A stretch of 64,000 nt of DNA from an uncultured Bacteroidales bacterium (GCA_963732435.1 CAVSZL010000013.1:19161-83160), one strand, 5' to 3'; shown: positions 1-11,158, counted from the first letter of the stretch. The notes: generated by a model not told the origin, from the letters alone. A program made the numbers and translations.

Positions 1-873
1 GGTCATTCATTCTTGTATTTATTAAACCTTCAAAGGCTTATAGAAAGCCAAAAAACTTTTGGTATTGTTTTAATAGTTCAACCAATGCTAAAATGGTTGG
101 TTCCGAAGGATGGTATCGCAGAAATATGGACTGTTAACCTTGGGTTTAAGGAATTTAATGGATATTATTCAGATCTCTCTGAAAAGATTAATACTCAGTT
201 TAGCAGGTTTAAAAGAGTATTTATAAGTGAGGGTCACGTAATTCCCACTAATAGGAATATTCAGATCGAACGATTTTCCGGGATCAAACCATTTAATTTT
301 TCAGATCAGCCTGTTAATCCTCGAATTACATTCATCTGGAGGGAGGATTACGGAAGATTATGGATACGAAATATCTATCTTTCAAAAGGTTTTAAGAAAC
401 TTGGTATTGGTAAAATTCTTATGCCTGTTCATTATTTAAGAGTACTTCTTTTTTTCTGTTTGTGCAGACTTAAGTTAGGCAGCAATTATAAGTACACTGT
501 TGCAGGTCTTGGTAAATCATTCAATTGGCCTGGTTTTATTAAAGATCAGAGGGTCAGATCATTTGATGAAGAATCTGAAAAAGAGTCATGCCGGTTGTAT
601 GCACAAAGTATGCTTGTGATCGGAGTTCATGGATCCTCGATGCTTCTTCCTTCGGCACATGCAGGTATGTCAATCAGTATGATGCCATCTAAACGATGGG
701 GAAATTATGCCGAAGATCTTCTGTTTAGCGAAGATGACATCAGGTTGGCATATTTTCAGAAAAGAATTATGCCTTTGAATATGAGTATTTTTGATCTGAG
801 AGATATTGTAGCAGAGATGGTTACAGGAAGGAATTATTTTATAAAAAAGTTCATCCACTCTGATGAATTATAA
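1..873 (+). CDS. Hypothetical protein of the surface-glycan locus (5' truncated by window edge)
   Basis: Frame is open from base 1 (GHSFLYLLNLQR...) to TAA at 873; has a GVHGS motif reminiscent of GT-B/GT61-like proteins; co-oriented with glycan genes. Confidence 0.6.
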   Translation, partial: GHSFLYLLNLQRLIESQKTFGIVLIVQPMLKWLVPKDGIAEIWTVNLGFKEFNGYYSDLSEKINTQFSRFKRVFISEGHVIPTNRNIQIERFSGIKPFNFSDQPVNPRITFIWREDYGRLWIRNIYLSKGFKKLGIGKILMPVHYLRVLLFFCLCRLKLGSNYKYTVAGLGKSFNWPGFIKDQRVRSFDEESEKESCRLYAQSMLVIGVHGSSMLLPSAHAGMSISMMPSKRWGNYAEDLLFSEDDIRLAYFQKRIMPLNMSIFDLRDIVAEMVTGRNYFIKKFIHSDEL

Positions 874-897
874 TGGATTAATCAAATTTATCTTTCA

Positions 898-1692
898 GTG
901 AACAAAAAAATCATACGCGACCTTTTACCTCCTTTATTGATAAGGTTATTGTCAGGTTTGTACTATGGCTGGCATGGTAACTATTCAGACTGGAATACAG
1001 CGAAAAAAAAAGCATCCGGTTATGATTCAAAATTAATAGTTGAAAAAGTTAAAACATCAGTCCTGAAAGTAAAAGAGGGCAAGGCTGTATATGAAAGGGA
1101 TTCTGTTTTATTTGACAGTATCCAGTATTCCTTTCCGGTTTTATCAGGCCTTATGTGGATTTCAGCTCTTAATAATGGAAAAATCAATGTACTTGATTTT
1201 GGCGGATCCCTGGGTAGCACCTATTTTCAGAACAGACTCTTTTTAGATTCTCTGAATGAAGTGAACTGGTGTATTGTTGAACAACCCGATTTTGTCAGGG
1301 CGGGACTGGAGAATTTTACCACTAACAGATTGCATTTCTTTTACTCAGTAGAAGAGTGTCTTAAATCATACAAAATTGATGTTGTTTTATTGTCAAGTGT
1401 TTTGCAATATCTTGAAAATCCTTATGATTTTTTAGATATGATAAAGTCCATTGAATGTAACTATCTTATTATCGACAGAACACCTTTTATAAAAAGTAAA
1501 GACCGGATTACAGTTCAAAGGGTAAACCCTAAAATTTATAAAGGAAGTTATCCCTGCTGGTTCTTTAATGAATCCGCTTTTTTAAGTTACATCTCCGCCT
1601 CATATGAAATAATCACTGAATTCAAATCGGTGGATACATCAAATATTCCATCAGAATTTAAAGGATTTATTTTGAAGAAAAGAAAGGTGTGA
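898..1692 (+). CDS. Putative SAM-dependent methyltransferase, TIGR04325-like family
   Basis: VLDFGGSLGSTYFQ SAM-binding motif, ERDSVLFD and SYPCWFFN motifs; GTG start. Confidence 0.75.
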   Translation: MNKKIIRDLLPPLLIRLLSGLYYGWHGNYSDWNTAKKKASGYDSKLIVEKVKTSVLKVKEGKAVYERDSVLFDSIQYSFPVLSGLMWISALNNGKINVLDFGGSLGSTYFQNRLFLDSLNEVNWCIVEQPDFVRAGLENFTTNRLHFFYSVEECLKSYKIDVVLLSSVLQYLENPYDFLDMIKSIECNYLIIDRTPFIKSKDRITVQRVNPKIYKGSYPCWFFNESAFLSYISASYEIITEFKSVDTSNIPSEFKGFILKKRKV

Positions 1693-1735
1693 GGTAGATG
1701 ATTTACAATCTCATATTAATATTAATAATGGTCAG

Positions 1736-2458
1736 ATGATTATCAATAAATTGTCAGTAATAATCCCGGTCTATAATGAGGAGGCAACTATTGCTTCGAT
1801 TTTAAGTAAGCTGATTAAAGTAATCCTTATTGATAAAATCAGAATGGAAATAATCATCGTCAATGATTGTTCAAAAGATAATACTGATTCAGAGATTAAA
1901 AGGTTTATTGATGCCAATGCCACTTTGGACATTAATTATTTCAATCATGAAGTCAACAAAGGAAAGGGAGCTGCTCTTCATACCGGGATCTCAAAAGCAA
2001 CAGGTGATTATCTGGTTATCCAGGATGCTGATAATGAATATGATCCCAATGAATTCAATGACTTGCTGAGACCAGTGGTTGACGGTTTTGCTGATGTGGT
2101 ATACGGGTCTCGTTTCCAGGGAAGTAATCCTCACCGGATACTCTTTTTCTGGCATACGATAGGAAATAAACTATTAACTTTTCTTACCAATATGTTTTCA
2201 AATCTGAACCTCACAGATATGGAAACATGTTATAAGCTGTTTGATACAAAAAAAATACAGTCTTTAAATCTTAAGGAAAAAAGGTTTGGTTTTGAACCTG
2301 AAGTTACCATTAAAATTTCACGTATCCCGAAGATCAGAATTTATGAAGTTGGAATTTCATATTACGGAAGAGGTTACGAGGAAGGGAAAAAAATTGGATG
2401 GAAAGATGGATTCAGGGCGATTTATTGCATTCTTAAATATGGTCTTTTCCGGATTTGA
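1736..2458 (+). CDS. GT2 glycosyltransferase (polyprenol-phosphate glycosyltransferase/DPM1-like)
   Basis: SVIIPVYNEE, VNDCSKD, NKGKGAA, QDAD, DMETCYK and FGFEPE motifs. Confidence 0.9.
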   Translation: MIINKLSVIIPVYNEEATIASILSKLIKVILIDKIRMEIIIVNDCSKDNTDSEIKRFIDANATLDINYFNHEVNKGKGAALHTGISKATGDYLVIQDADNEYDPNEFNDLLRPVVDGFADVVYGSRFQGSNPHRILFFWHTIGNKLLTFLTNMFSNLNLTDMETCYKLFDTKKIQSLNLKEKRFGFEPEVTIKISRIPKIRIYEVGISYYGRGYEEGKKIGWKDGFRAIYCILKYGLFRI

Positions 2459-2461
2459 GTT

Positions 2462-4138
2462 ATGATTCTGGTCTTATTTACCTGGTTAATTGTCTTTCTT
2501 ACGATCTTTGTTTGGGGATTCGCAGCATCTAAAGTTGTTAGAATTCTGCTGAAATCCAATGAAGTGTGGGATAAGTATGGTTTAGATGAATATTTCCTTT
2601 TTGGCTTCCTTATATTATCAGCTCTGACGGGAATTATTTCAGTATTTGCACCAATAAGCAGGATAATATTTTTAATTGTTTTTCTGTTGGCTGCCCTTTT
2701 TTCATTCATTTTATTCACAGAGATAAGATTAAAAATTATTAATGCATACAGAACTTTTCTGTCCTATGGCATCCTCTTTAAAATTGGAGCATTTTTTTTG
2801 ACCTTTTTTATTCTTTCTGCAGTTGTTAGTGTAATTACGTTTGAAGATACACTTACATATCATGCTCAGAATATACAATGGATCCAAAAGTATCCGGTAG
2901 TTCCGGGACTTGGAAACCTTCATCCACGATTCGCTTTTAATAATATGTTTTTTGTTGTTTCGTCAGTTTTTACTTTTCAGGTTAAGGAATGTATGATATT
3001 TCCTTTGAATGGATTATGTTACCTTATATTACTCGTTAAGCTTTTAACCCTTTTTTATAATGATCTTAAATCAAAAACTTATTGGAGAGGAGTTTTTTAC
3101 ATACTTACTCTTCTGATAAGTTTGCTAGTGTTTTTACCTAATTTAAACACTCCCTCCCCGGATATTTTTTGCGGTATATTAATTATTTACGCTTTTGTTT
3201 TAATTTTAAACTACTATGGGCCATATAATAAGGTTAATATGTTCCATTTTGTTCTTGTAAATCTTTTAGTCTTCAGTTGTATTACCTATAAAATAAGCTC
3301 CCTTTTCCTGGTACCAGCTATTTTATTCTTTATGAATTATGAAAGGATTAAAAAAGTATATATAACACTTATTATTGCATCTGTAGTGATATTGCCATTT
3401 TTAGTACGCAACTATTTTTTGTCCGGTTATCTGATCTATCCGTTTCCGGGAATAGATATTTTTAATGCAGACTGGAAGATTCCTATTGAGAATGTTATCG
3501 CTGTTAAACTTGAGATTGAAAGTTTTGCGAAAATTATTGGAGTGCCTTATGAAGAGGTCGGTAAAATGAAAATCAATGATTGGTTTTTACCATGGTTTAC
3601 TGCAAGGGATTTTATGACTAAAATGTTAATTTCTGTCAACATTCTCTCAATCTGCTCTTTAGTAATAATGCTTTTGAAGCGGGAGTTTTACTTTGTTAAA
3701 GTTCATCTCCTGATCTTGATAAATCTCATTTTCTGGTTAGTAACAGCTCCTGATCCCCGATTTGCCTACGGTTTTCTCTTTGTCGGATTTTCATTTGGTA
3801 TTTCTTATTTGATTAAGTCACTTGGATTCTTATCTCATAGGTCACTTCTGAAGTTCCTTTATGGAGGATTGGCCATTTTATTCATGGTTATTGTGTATAA
3901 AAGAATTTCCTTCACATTAAATGTTCTTAAGGATCATTCCCTTTTGATTACTCCTGCTCCTTTTGGAACAGCAAAGACGGTTACCTGTTATTCAAATTTT
4001 GAGTATCGTGTGGTTCAGCCTGAGGGCGGATGGTGTTATAACACTGAAATACCATGTGTCTCATATCCGCTAGTTGATGTATATAAAAGGGGGGAGGGGC
4101 TTGCTGATGGGTTTAAGGTTGTTCAACAAAATCCATAA
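2462..4138 (+). CDS. Polytopic membrane protein (LIC_10190-like, possibly GT-C fold)
   Basis: More than 10 hydrophobic segments; DTLTYHAQ..VVPGLGNLHPRFAFN loop, SGYLIYP and APDPRF motifs. Confidence 0.6.
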   Translation: MILVLFTWLIVFLTIFVWGFAASKVVRILLKSNEVWDKYGLDEYFLFGFLILSALTGIISVFAPISRIIFLIVFLLAALFSFILFTEIRLKIINAYRTFLSYGILFKIGAFFLTFFILSAVVSVITFEDTLTYHAQNIQWIQKYPVVPGLGNLHPRFAFNNMFFVVSSVFTFQVKECMIFPLNGLCYLILLVKLLTLFYNDLKSKTYWRGVFYILTLLISLLVFLPNLNTPSPDIFCGILIIYAFVLILNYYGPYNKVNMFHFVLVNLLVFSCITYKISSLFLVPAILFFMNYERIKKVYITLIIASVVILPFLVRNYFLSGYLIYPFPGIDIFNADWKIPIENVIAVKLEIESFAKIIGVPYEEVGKMKINDWFLPWFTARDFMTKMLISVNILSICSLVIMLLKREFYFVKVHLLILINLIFWLVTAPDPRFAYGFLFVGFSFGISYLIKSLGFLSHRSLLKFLYGGLAILFMVIVYKRISFTLNVLKDHSLLITPAPFGTAKTVTCYSNFEYRVVQPEGGWCYNTEIPCVSYPLVDVYKRGEGLADGFKVVQQNP

Positions 4139-4174
4139 ATTTCAGTACTTAACAATTTTTAATTAGTTATCGGT

Positions 4175-5155
4175 TTGCATTTCTACTGTACATTATTTGA
4201 TTCCTTTTATTTAAGCAGGGGAGTGGTCATGTATAACTCTCTGAGAAGGTTTTCCGGGAAATTTCATCTATATATATTTGCATTTGATGCACTTGCGCTG
4301 GAAATATTACAAAGTCTTAACCTGAAAGATGTTACTGTTGTCTCTCTTCATGATTTTGAAACGGAAGAGTTAAAAGAGGTTAAGAAGAGCAGGTCTGTTG
4401 CTGAATATTGCTGGACCTGCACACCTTCAATAATTTCTTATGTATTGAAAAAGTTTAATGTCCCAGATTGTACCTATATAGACTCAGATTTATGTTTTTA
4501 TTCAGATCCTTCAGTGTTAATTTCAGAAATGGTCGAGCATAAGAAAAGTGTCTTAATAACTGAGCACCGTTTTTCAACTCTGCCACGTATGTATGAGTTA
4601 AAGAGAGGTGGAAGGTTTTGTGTACAGTTTATTACTTTTATAAATGATAAAAGTAGTCTGGAGGTGCTGGAGAGATGGAGACAACAATGTATTGATTGGT
4701 GTTACTCCAGATATGAGGATGGTAAATTTGGAGATCAGAAATATCTTGAAGAATGGCCTATAATCCATTCAAATATCCATATTTTAAAACACTATGGTGG
4801 GGGAATTGCACCATGGAATCTTACTCAATATTCTTTCTTTAAGCAAGGAGATACAATTACTGGTACTGTCAGAAGAACACGGTCTTTATTTGAAGTAGTT
4901 TTCTTTCATTTTCAGTATGTAAAGTTTCTGCCTGATGGTATATTTGATATTGGCTGGTACTATATTTCATCATCTGTTAGAAATATGTTTTATTTACCAT
5001 ATTTGAAAAAAATCCGGGAAGTTGAAAACATACTTAAAGGCTTAAATAGTAATTATAAAACAGGTTTTACAGTTTATAGAACTGATAGTTTTAGAGACAG
5101 GTTGAAAATTGTGGCAAAAAGAGTATTCGGATATAATATAATTAAGTTAGAGTAA
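4175..5155 (+). CDS. Putative GT-A fold glycosyltransferase
   Basis: YCTLFD N-terminus, AEYCWT, YIDSD (DxD) and FGDQKYL motifs; TTG start. Confidence 0.7.
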   Translation: MHFYCTLFDSFYLSRGVVMYNSLRRFSGKFHLYIFAFDALALEILQSLNLKDVTVVSLHDFETEELKEVKKSRSVAEYCWTCTPSIISYVLKKFNVPDCTYIDSDLCFYSDPSVLISEMVEHKKSVLITEHRFSTLPRMYELKRGGRFCVQFITFINDKSSLEVLERWRQQCIDWCYSRYEDGKFGDQKYLEEWPIIHSNIHILKHYGGGIAPWNLTQYSFFKQGDTITGTVRRTRSLFEVVFFHFQYVKFLPDGIFDIGWYYISSSVRNMFYLPYLKKIREVENILKGLNSNYKTGFTVYRTDSFRDRLKIVAKRVFGYNIIKLE

Positions 5156-5520
5156 TGGCATATATTATTGACCTTGAAACACATACAGACGCAAGGGGAA
5201 ATCTTACGGTGATTGAAGATGTTTTCCCTTTTAATATCGAAAGGGTATTCTATATTTATGGCGTCGACAAATCGGAAAGAGGTGGCCACAGACATCATAA
5301 GACTATTCAGGCAGCTGTTTGTATTCAGGGAGAATGTAAAATTTCAAATAATGACGGAACGACAACACAAATTTTCCATCTCAATAAACCTTCAAAATGT
5401 GTATTATTAGAACCTAAAGACTGGCATAAAATGTATGATTTCTCAGAAGATGCAATATTGATGGTACTTGCTTCTGAAAAGTTTGATAAAAATGATTATA
5501 TATTTGAAAAATATGATTGA
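5155..5520 (+). CDS. fdtA: FdtA/QdtA-family dTDP-4-keto-6-deoxyglucose 3,4-ketoisomerase (cupin)
   Basis: DARGNL, RVFYIY, RGGHRH, WHKM and LMVLAS motifs. Confidence 0.85.
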   Translation: MAYIIDLETHTDARGNLTVIEDVFPFNIERVFYIYGVDKSERGGHRHHKTIQAAVCIQGECKISNNDGTTTQIFHLNKPSKCVLLEPKDWHKMYDFSEDAILMVLASEKFDKNDYIFEKYD

Positions 5521-6604
5521 ATACGAAAACCTTTTCAAAGCAAACCAACAGTATATTGAAGAATATAAACTGGCTTTTAATAAGGTACTTGAGGCAGGAT
5601 GGTTTATTCTTGGAAATAACGTTGAAAAATTTGAGCAGGAATTTGCAGATTATAACAAAGTAAAATACTGTGCCGGAGTTGCTTCCGGGCTGGATGCAAT
5701 AACAATTTCTTTACTTTCCCTGGATATTCCGGCAAAGTCAGAAGTTATTGTTCCCTCAAACACATACATCGCTACCATACTTTCAATTCTTCAGAGTGGA
5801 CATATTCCTGTTCTGGTAGAACCTGATATTAATACTTACAATATTGATCCTGAGAAGATAGAAGATTCCATTACTCCGGGAACTCGTGCAATAATTGTTG
5901 TTCATTTATATGGTAAGCCATGCGATATGGATCCGATAGTTGATATATGCAAGCGCAGGAACCTATTCCTGATAGAGGATTGCGCACAAGCACACGGAGC
6001 TGAATATAAGGGTAAAAAGGTTGGAACTTTCGGAGATATGGCTGCATTCAGTTTCTATCCTACAAAAAATCTGGGATGCCTTGGAGATGGGGGAGCTGTT
6101 TTAACTGATGATCCCGTATATATTAAAAAAATCAGGATGATCAGAAATTATGGTTCGGAAAAAAAATACTATAATGATTATATCGGACTTAACTCACGTC
6201 TGGATGAAGTTCAGGCTGCTTTTCTGAGGATTAAACTGACTCATCTTGATGAGATTAATAATAATAAACGTCTACTTGCAAGTGAATATTTTAATGGTAT
6301 TGAGTCTGGATTTATTTTACCTGAAGTGGATCCTGAATATTATGATGTTTACCATATCTTTAATATCCGGCATGAAAAGAGAGATATGTTAAAAGAATAT
6401 CTTCTGAATAACGGTGTCAGAACTGAGGTTCACTATCCGGTTCCGCCTCATCAGCAAAAAGCGTTAAGTTTTTTAAAAGATTTGAAACTACCTCTTTCTG
6501 AAGAGATTCATAAAACCACTTTGAGTCTTCCGGTTTCTTCATTCCATACAATAACAGATATCCGGAAAGTGATTGCTTTGATAAATAAATTTGAGCAATG
6601 TTAA
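5513..6604 (+). CDS. DegT/DnrJ/EryC1/StrS sugar aminotransferase (FdtB-like)
   Basis: [18 protein letters not shown] (PLP lysine), NSRLDE; likely start is ATG 5513 overlapping the fdtA stop. Confidence 0.9.
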   Translation: MIEYENLFKANQQYIEEYKLAFNKVLEAGWFILGNNVEKFEQEFADYNKVKYCAGVASGLDAITISLLSLDIPAKSEVIVPSNTYIATILSILQSGHIPVLVEPDINTYNIDPEKIEDSITPGTRAIIVVHLYGKPCDMDPIVDICKRRNLFLIEDCAQAHGAEYKGKKVGTFGDMAAFSFYPTKNLGCLGDGGAVLTDDPVYIKKIRMIRNYGSEKKYYNDYIGLNSRLDEVQAAFLRIKLTHLDEINNNKRLLASEYFNGIESGFILPEVDPEYYDVYHIFNIRHEKRDMLKEYLLNNGVRTEVHYPVPPHQQKALSFLKDLKLPLSEEIHKTTLSLPVSSFHTITDIRKVIALINKFEQC

Positions 6605-6668
6605 ATGATAATGCTTATACTTAATTATTCAGAATTTTGACGTATTTCATAAACTTTATTCAGATTTT

Positions 6669-7688
6669 ATGAAGAAACTAAAGTTTGCCATAGTGGGCTG
6701 TGGAAGGATTGCTGAAAGACATGCGGAACAGATCAATAAGATGGCTAGTCTCAAGGCAGTATGTGATACGAATTACAAGCGCGCTTTGCAGTTAGGTGAG
6801 AAGTACAAATCAAGTGCATATTCAGATATCGATGAACTTCTTTTGAAAGAAAGGGATGTTGATGTTATTTCAATATGTACTCCAAACGGATTACATGCCG
6901 AACATACAATAAAATCCTTTAGAAACGGTTTTCATGTTTTATGTGAAAAACCAATGGCAATTAATGTCTATGACTGCGGAGAAATGATTAAAGAAGCTGA
7001 AAAAGCAAACAGAAGATTATTTATTGTCAAACAAAATAGATATAATCCACCTGTTGAGGCCATTAAAAATGCTCTTGATGAAAACAAACTCGGGAAAATC
7101 CTGAGTATTCAGTTAAGTTGTTTCTGGAACAGGAACTTAAATTATTATAAACAATCCGACTGGAAAGGAACAAAGAAGCTTGATGGAGGAACTTTATTTA
7201 CGCAGTTTAGTCACTTTATTGATCTGCTTTACTGGTTTTTTGGTGATGTAAAAAACGTTGAAGCCTACACTAAAAATTTTATTCATAATGATTCGGTCGA
7301 ATTTGAAGATACTGGCGTAATTATAGTTGAGTTTTTTAGCGGAATAATCGGAACAATAAATTACACTGTAAATACGTATGAAAAGAATATGGAAGGCTCT
7401 CTGACAATATTTGGTGAAAATGGTACCGTTAAAATAGGGGGTCAATATCTTAATGAATTGGAATATCAAAATATCAGGGACTATAGAATTGAAGATTTGC
7501 CTCCTGGTAACCCTCCTAACAATTACGGGCAATATTTCGGATCAATGTCAAACCATAATAAAGTATATGAGAATATTATTGATGTACTTGTAAATGGTGG
7601 AAAAATTGGAACCAATGGATTTGAAGGGCTGAAAACAGTCGAGATTGTCGACAAAATATATGCCGCAGCAGAAAAAAGTAAGAGATAG
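6669..7688 (+). CDS. Gfo/Idh/MocA oxidoreductase (WbpB/WlbA-like sugar-nucleotide 3-dehydrogenase)
   Basis: GCGRIA Rossmann motif, TPNGLH, CEKPMA, DGGTLFTQFSHFID. Confidence 0.85.
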   Translation: MKKLKFAIVGCGRIAERHAEQINKMASLKAVCDTNYKRALQLGEKYKSSAYSDIDELLLKERDVDVISICTPNGLHAEHTIKSFRNGFHVLCEKPMAINVYDCGEMIKEAEKANRRLFIVKQNRYNPPVEAIKNALDENKLGKILSIQLSCFWNRNLNYYKQSDWKGTKKLDGGTLFTQFSHFIDLLYWFFGDVKNVEAYTKNFIHNDSVEFEDTGVIIVEFFSGIIGTINYTVNTYEKNMEGSLTIFGENGTVKIGGQYLNELEYQNIRDYRIEDLPPGNPPNNYGQYFGSMSNHNKVYENIIDVLVNGGKIGTNGFEGLKTVEIVDKIYAAAEKSKR

Positions 7689-7695
7689 ATATTTT

Positions 7696-8796
7696 ATGAT
7701 ACCATTTGTTGATTTAAATGCGCAGTATCTGAGTATTAAGGAAGAAGTTGATGCAACAATAAGAGAGTGTATTAATAAAGGCACTTTCATAAATGGGGCT
7801 GTTGTAACTGAATTTGAACAGAAGTTTGCTTCATATATTGGCGCAAAATACTGTGTGGGTTGTGGCAATGGTACTGATGCTCTGGAAATTATCCTTTCAG
7901 CTTTAGGTATAGGACCTGGTGACGAAGTTATAGTTCCGGCTCTTTCATGGATTGCGACAGCTGAATGTGTTAACAACGTTGGTGCTGAGCCGGTATTTGT
8001 TGATATTAATCCGGTCGATTATAACATCGATTGTACCAAAATCGAAGAGAAAATAACTTCAAATACAAGGGCAATCATTCCTGTACATTTATATGGAGGA
8101 CCATGTGAAATGACAGAGATAATGTGTATTGCTGAACAGCACAGTTTATTTGTAATTGAAGACTGTGCTCAGGCGCATGGTGCAGAGTATTATGGAAAGA
8201 AGACCGGATCTTTTGGAACAGCAGCTGCATTCAGCTTTTTTCCTAGTAAAAACCTGGGTGCTTTTGGTGATGCCGGAGCTATTATAACTAACGACTTGAA
8301 TCTGGCCGAAAAGGCCAGAATGATTTCCAATCACGGACAATTAAAAGAGAAACATTCTCATTTTATGGTAGGACGTAACAGCCGATTAGACACTTTGCAG
8401 GCTTCTGTTCTTGATGTCAAGCTGAGATACCTTGATAAATGGAATGAGAATAGAAGATTGGCTGCTTCATACTACAGATCTAAATTGATTGACTGTAAGG
8501 GAATAGTGCTGCCGGAAGACAATACTCATTATAAACATGTATTTCATCTATTTGTTATACAATGCAATAAAAGAAAAGAGCTTATAGAACTCTTTAAGAA
8601 AAACAACATTTCATTTGGCATTCATTACCCCAAAGCCATACCCTTTCTGGAGGCTTATTCATATAAAAACCTGTCAGAAAATGATTTTCCTGTTGTTTCT
8701 GACCTTACTGATAAAATAATAAGTCTTCCTATTTATCCTGAAATATCTGAAGATCAGATTGATGTGATATGTGAGATATTAATTAAGATTGATTGA
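7696..8796 (+). CDS. DegT-family aminotransferase (WbpE/WlbC-like)
   Basis: MIPFVDL start at ATG 7696, [29 protein letters not shown]. Confidence 0.9.
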   Translation: MIPFVDLNAQYLSIKEEVDATIRECINKGTFINGAVVTEFEQKFASYIGAKYCVGCGNGTDALEIILSALGIGPGDEVIVPALSWIATAECVNNVGAEPVFVDINPVDYNIDCTKIEEKITSNTRAIIPVHLYGGPCEMTEIMCIAEQHSLFVIEDCAQAHGAEYYGKKTGSFGTAAAFSFFPSKNLGAFGDAGAIITNDLNLAEKARMISNHGQLKEKHSHFMVGRNSRLDTLQASVLDVKLRYLDKWNENRRLAASYYRSKLIDCKGIVLPEDNTHYKHVFHLFVIQCNKRKELIELFKKNNISFGIHYPKAIPFLEAYSYKNLSENDFPVVSDLTDKIISLPIYPEISEDQIDVICEILIKID

Positions 8797-8799
8797 GAT

Positions 8800-10068
8800 A
8801 TGATTAAAGATATGCCGGATAAAAAACTAATATATGAAAATCTGACATTCTTTTCTTGTCTGTGTGTAGTTTGTGTTTTACCAGTCTATTCTCATCTGGT
8901 ACCTCTTCTGATGGTTTTTTGGGCTTTATTTTGGTTTTTGGGAAATGGTTTCAGGTTTGAAAAGAAGATGTTCGATGGAAATAAGGCAGCTATCCTCCTT
9001 TTTCTGGTCATGGCTCTTTATCTCTGGCAAATAACAGGTCTCCTATTTGCTGATTCTTTGGATACAGGTTTAGAAAGAATCTTCAAAAGACTATCTTTTT
9101 TGATTTTTTCTTTGGTTCTTTTCTACCCCGGAAAGAAAATCATAAGTAACATTAATTTGCTGATCAGGATTTTTACCATATCTACATTTATATATATAGT
9201 CTATTGTTTCGGTAATGCACTGCACAATTCGATAATATTTGATTCTGGAAGCATTATATTCAATCCTCATCCTTCAGATTATGATTATGAGAATTTCTTT
9301 TATAGTTCTCGATTTTCTTTCCATATACATCCTTCATATCTGGCAATGTATGTTGTTTTATCCTTACTTGTTTCATTTGAAGCTCTTGCAGATAATTCAC
9401 TGTCAGTTATAAAAAGGGGTATTTGGCTCTTTTTTATAACAACATTCTTAATAACTCTATACTTTTTATCATCCCGGGCTGGAATTCTTTCAGGCATAAT
9501 TGTTTGTCCAATCTATTTTGTTATCAGGTTCTATAAGAAGCTGTCTGCCTGGATCGTAATTCTGGCTGCCACAATAATGTTACTGATCTTTTTTAGTGTT
9601 ATAAAAACAAACACCAGGATAAACTATGCACTTGAAATGATATCAGCTGATAATTTAAAAAGCTCTGTTCAAAAAGATGAAAGGATTAATATATGGAGAT
9701 CAGCCTTTGGAGTGATTAAAAATAATTTTATTGTCGGGGTAGGTACAGGAGATGCTTCATCAGAGTTGAAAAAGGAATTTTTAAAAAGAGGATATATTGA
9801 AGGGTACTATGATAACATGAATTCACATAACCAGTATATTGAAATATTACTTGAAAGTGGGATTATTGGTCTTATAATATTTTTATCATTTCAGATATAT
9901 ATGATTTATATTGCCATATCTGACCGGAACCTGATATATGGCTTATTTATTGTAATGTCGATTGTGTTTTTTAGTTTTGAAACAATCTTAAACAGGCTGG
10001 CAGGAATAACGTTTTATCCGTTTTTTTCTTTCTTTCTGATATATTTGGAAGACAAAAAAAAATCATAG
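8800..10068 (+). CDS. O-antigen ligase / Wzy_C family membrane protein
   Basis: Multi-TM; SSRAG, ERINIW, GVGTGD and HNQYIEILLESGIIG motifs. Confidence 0.85.
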   Translation: MIKDMPDKKLIYENLTFFSCLCVVCVLPVYSHLVPLLMVFWALFWFLGNGFRFEKKMFDGNKAAILLFLVMALYLWQITGLLFADSLDTGLERIFKRLSFLIFSLVLFYPGKKIISNINLLIRIFTISTFIYIVYCFGNALHNSIIFDSGSIIFNPHPSDYDYENFFYSSRFSFHIHPSYLAMYVVLSLLVSFEALADNSLSVIKRGIWLFFITTFLITLYFLSSRAGILSGIIVCPIYFVIRFYKKLSAWIVILAATIMLLIFFSVIKTNTRINYALEMISADNLKSSVQKDERINIWRSAFGVIKNNFIVGVGTGDASSELKKEFLKRGYIEGYYDNMNSHNQYIEILLESGIIGLIIFLSFQIYMIYIAISDRNLIYGLFIVMSIVFFSFETILNRLAGITFYPFFSFFLIYLEDKKKS

Positions 10069-10093
10069 AATAATCACACATATGACAAAAAAT

Positions 10094-10120
10094 AAAGGGA
10101 GTATTACGCTCCCTTTTCTT
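10094..10120. terminator. Probable bidirectional intrinsic terminator
   Basis: AAAGGGAG-7nt-CTCCCTTT hairpin with A/T flanks between convergent genes. Confidence 0.7.
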
Positions 10121-11158
10121 TTAGTATTTTCTGAAAACTTCTTCAAGCTTTTTCCGGTTTGCAAGAATCAATAATGCAATTAATGTTAAACAGAAAAAAA
10201 TCGGAATGACTACTTTCCCATAAAATAATGCTCCATTCTCCCTTTTAGATGGTAATGAAAAGTCACTAAGAACAGTAACAATATCCTTATAAAGGACACC
10301 CTCTGATTCAAGATTTTGTTTCCTTTTATAGAGAGTAAAAATATCATTATACAGAAGCTGAGTTCTCTGCTCCTGTATAAATACCATCTGTCCGCCACCT
10401 TTAGCCAGATTGTTCCTCGTTTCTTCAAAATACTTTACTTTCTGCAGACTGTCAAGTTGTTGTATGTCAATGTCAAGTCTGGATATTAATGCATTCAATT
10501 GATTCAATCTTACCCTGTTTCTTTGTTGAAATAAAGAGTCTTTTTTAATATAAGCTAAAATGCCATTTCTTATTGTGTTAAGCTCCTGGGTTGAATTTAT
10601 CTTTATCCTGATAGCAAAACGATCTGGCATTCTAACATTGATAGTATCGTATAAATTGTGATTATCGTTGTAATCTACAATATCCGGATTACCATCATTC
10701 CCCTTATCTATTACCCAATGAGCATTTATATCTGAAATATTTTTTGATTGTTCTGCGGATATAGAAATAGCATCTGCCAGAGCAGGTTTATTATTCTCCC
10801 TGCAGTAAGTGTTAAGCCTGTTAATGTAAAAAATCAGATCTGAGGTCATAATTGCATTGTTCTTAAACGCAGGATCCTCAGGTTTCTTATTCAATTCAAG
10901 ATCGGCATTATTATTCCTTAATAACAATTCTGAAGTATATGAAGAGGGGGATGAAATTTTCAGGAAAAATGATACGCTTACACCTAATAGAATGCTAATT
11001 CCAAGAGGAAGCCATCTTTTAATCATAAACACAATAGTAATAAGAAAGGCCCTGCCAAGTACTTTTCCCAATTGGCTAAATGATTTCCGGATTCTTCTTA
11101 AAAGATCCAACAGATCTATTTCGTCATTTTTTACATCCTTATTATTGCTATCAGACAT
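10121..11158 (-). CDS. Wzz-like polysaccharide chain-length determinant
   Basis: DEIDLLDL N-terminus; two TM segments flanking a periplasmic coiled coil. Confidence 0.7.
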   Translation of the reverse strand: MSDSNNKDVKNDEIDLLDLLRRIRKSFSQLGKVLGRAFLITIVFMIKRWLPLGISILLGVSVSFFLKISSPSSYTSELLLRNNNADLELNKKPEDPAFKNNAIMTSDLIFYINRLNTYCRENNKPALADAISISAEQSKNISDINAHWVIDKGNDGNPDIVDYNDNHNLYDTINVRMPDRFAIRIKINSTQELNTIRNGILAYIKKDSLFQQRNRVRLNQLNALISRLDIDIQQLDSLQKVKYFEETRNNLAKGGGQMVFIQEQRTQLLYNDIFTLYKRKQNLESEGVLYKDIVTVLSDFSLPSKRENGALFYGKVVIPIFFCLTLIALLILANRKKLEEVFRKY

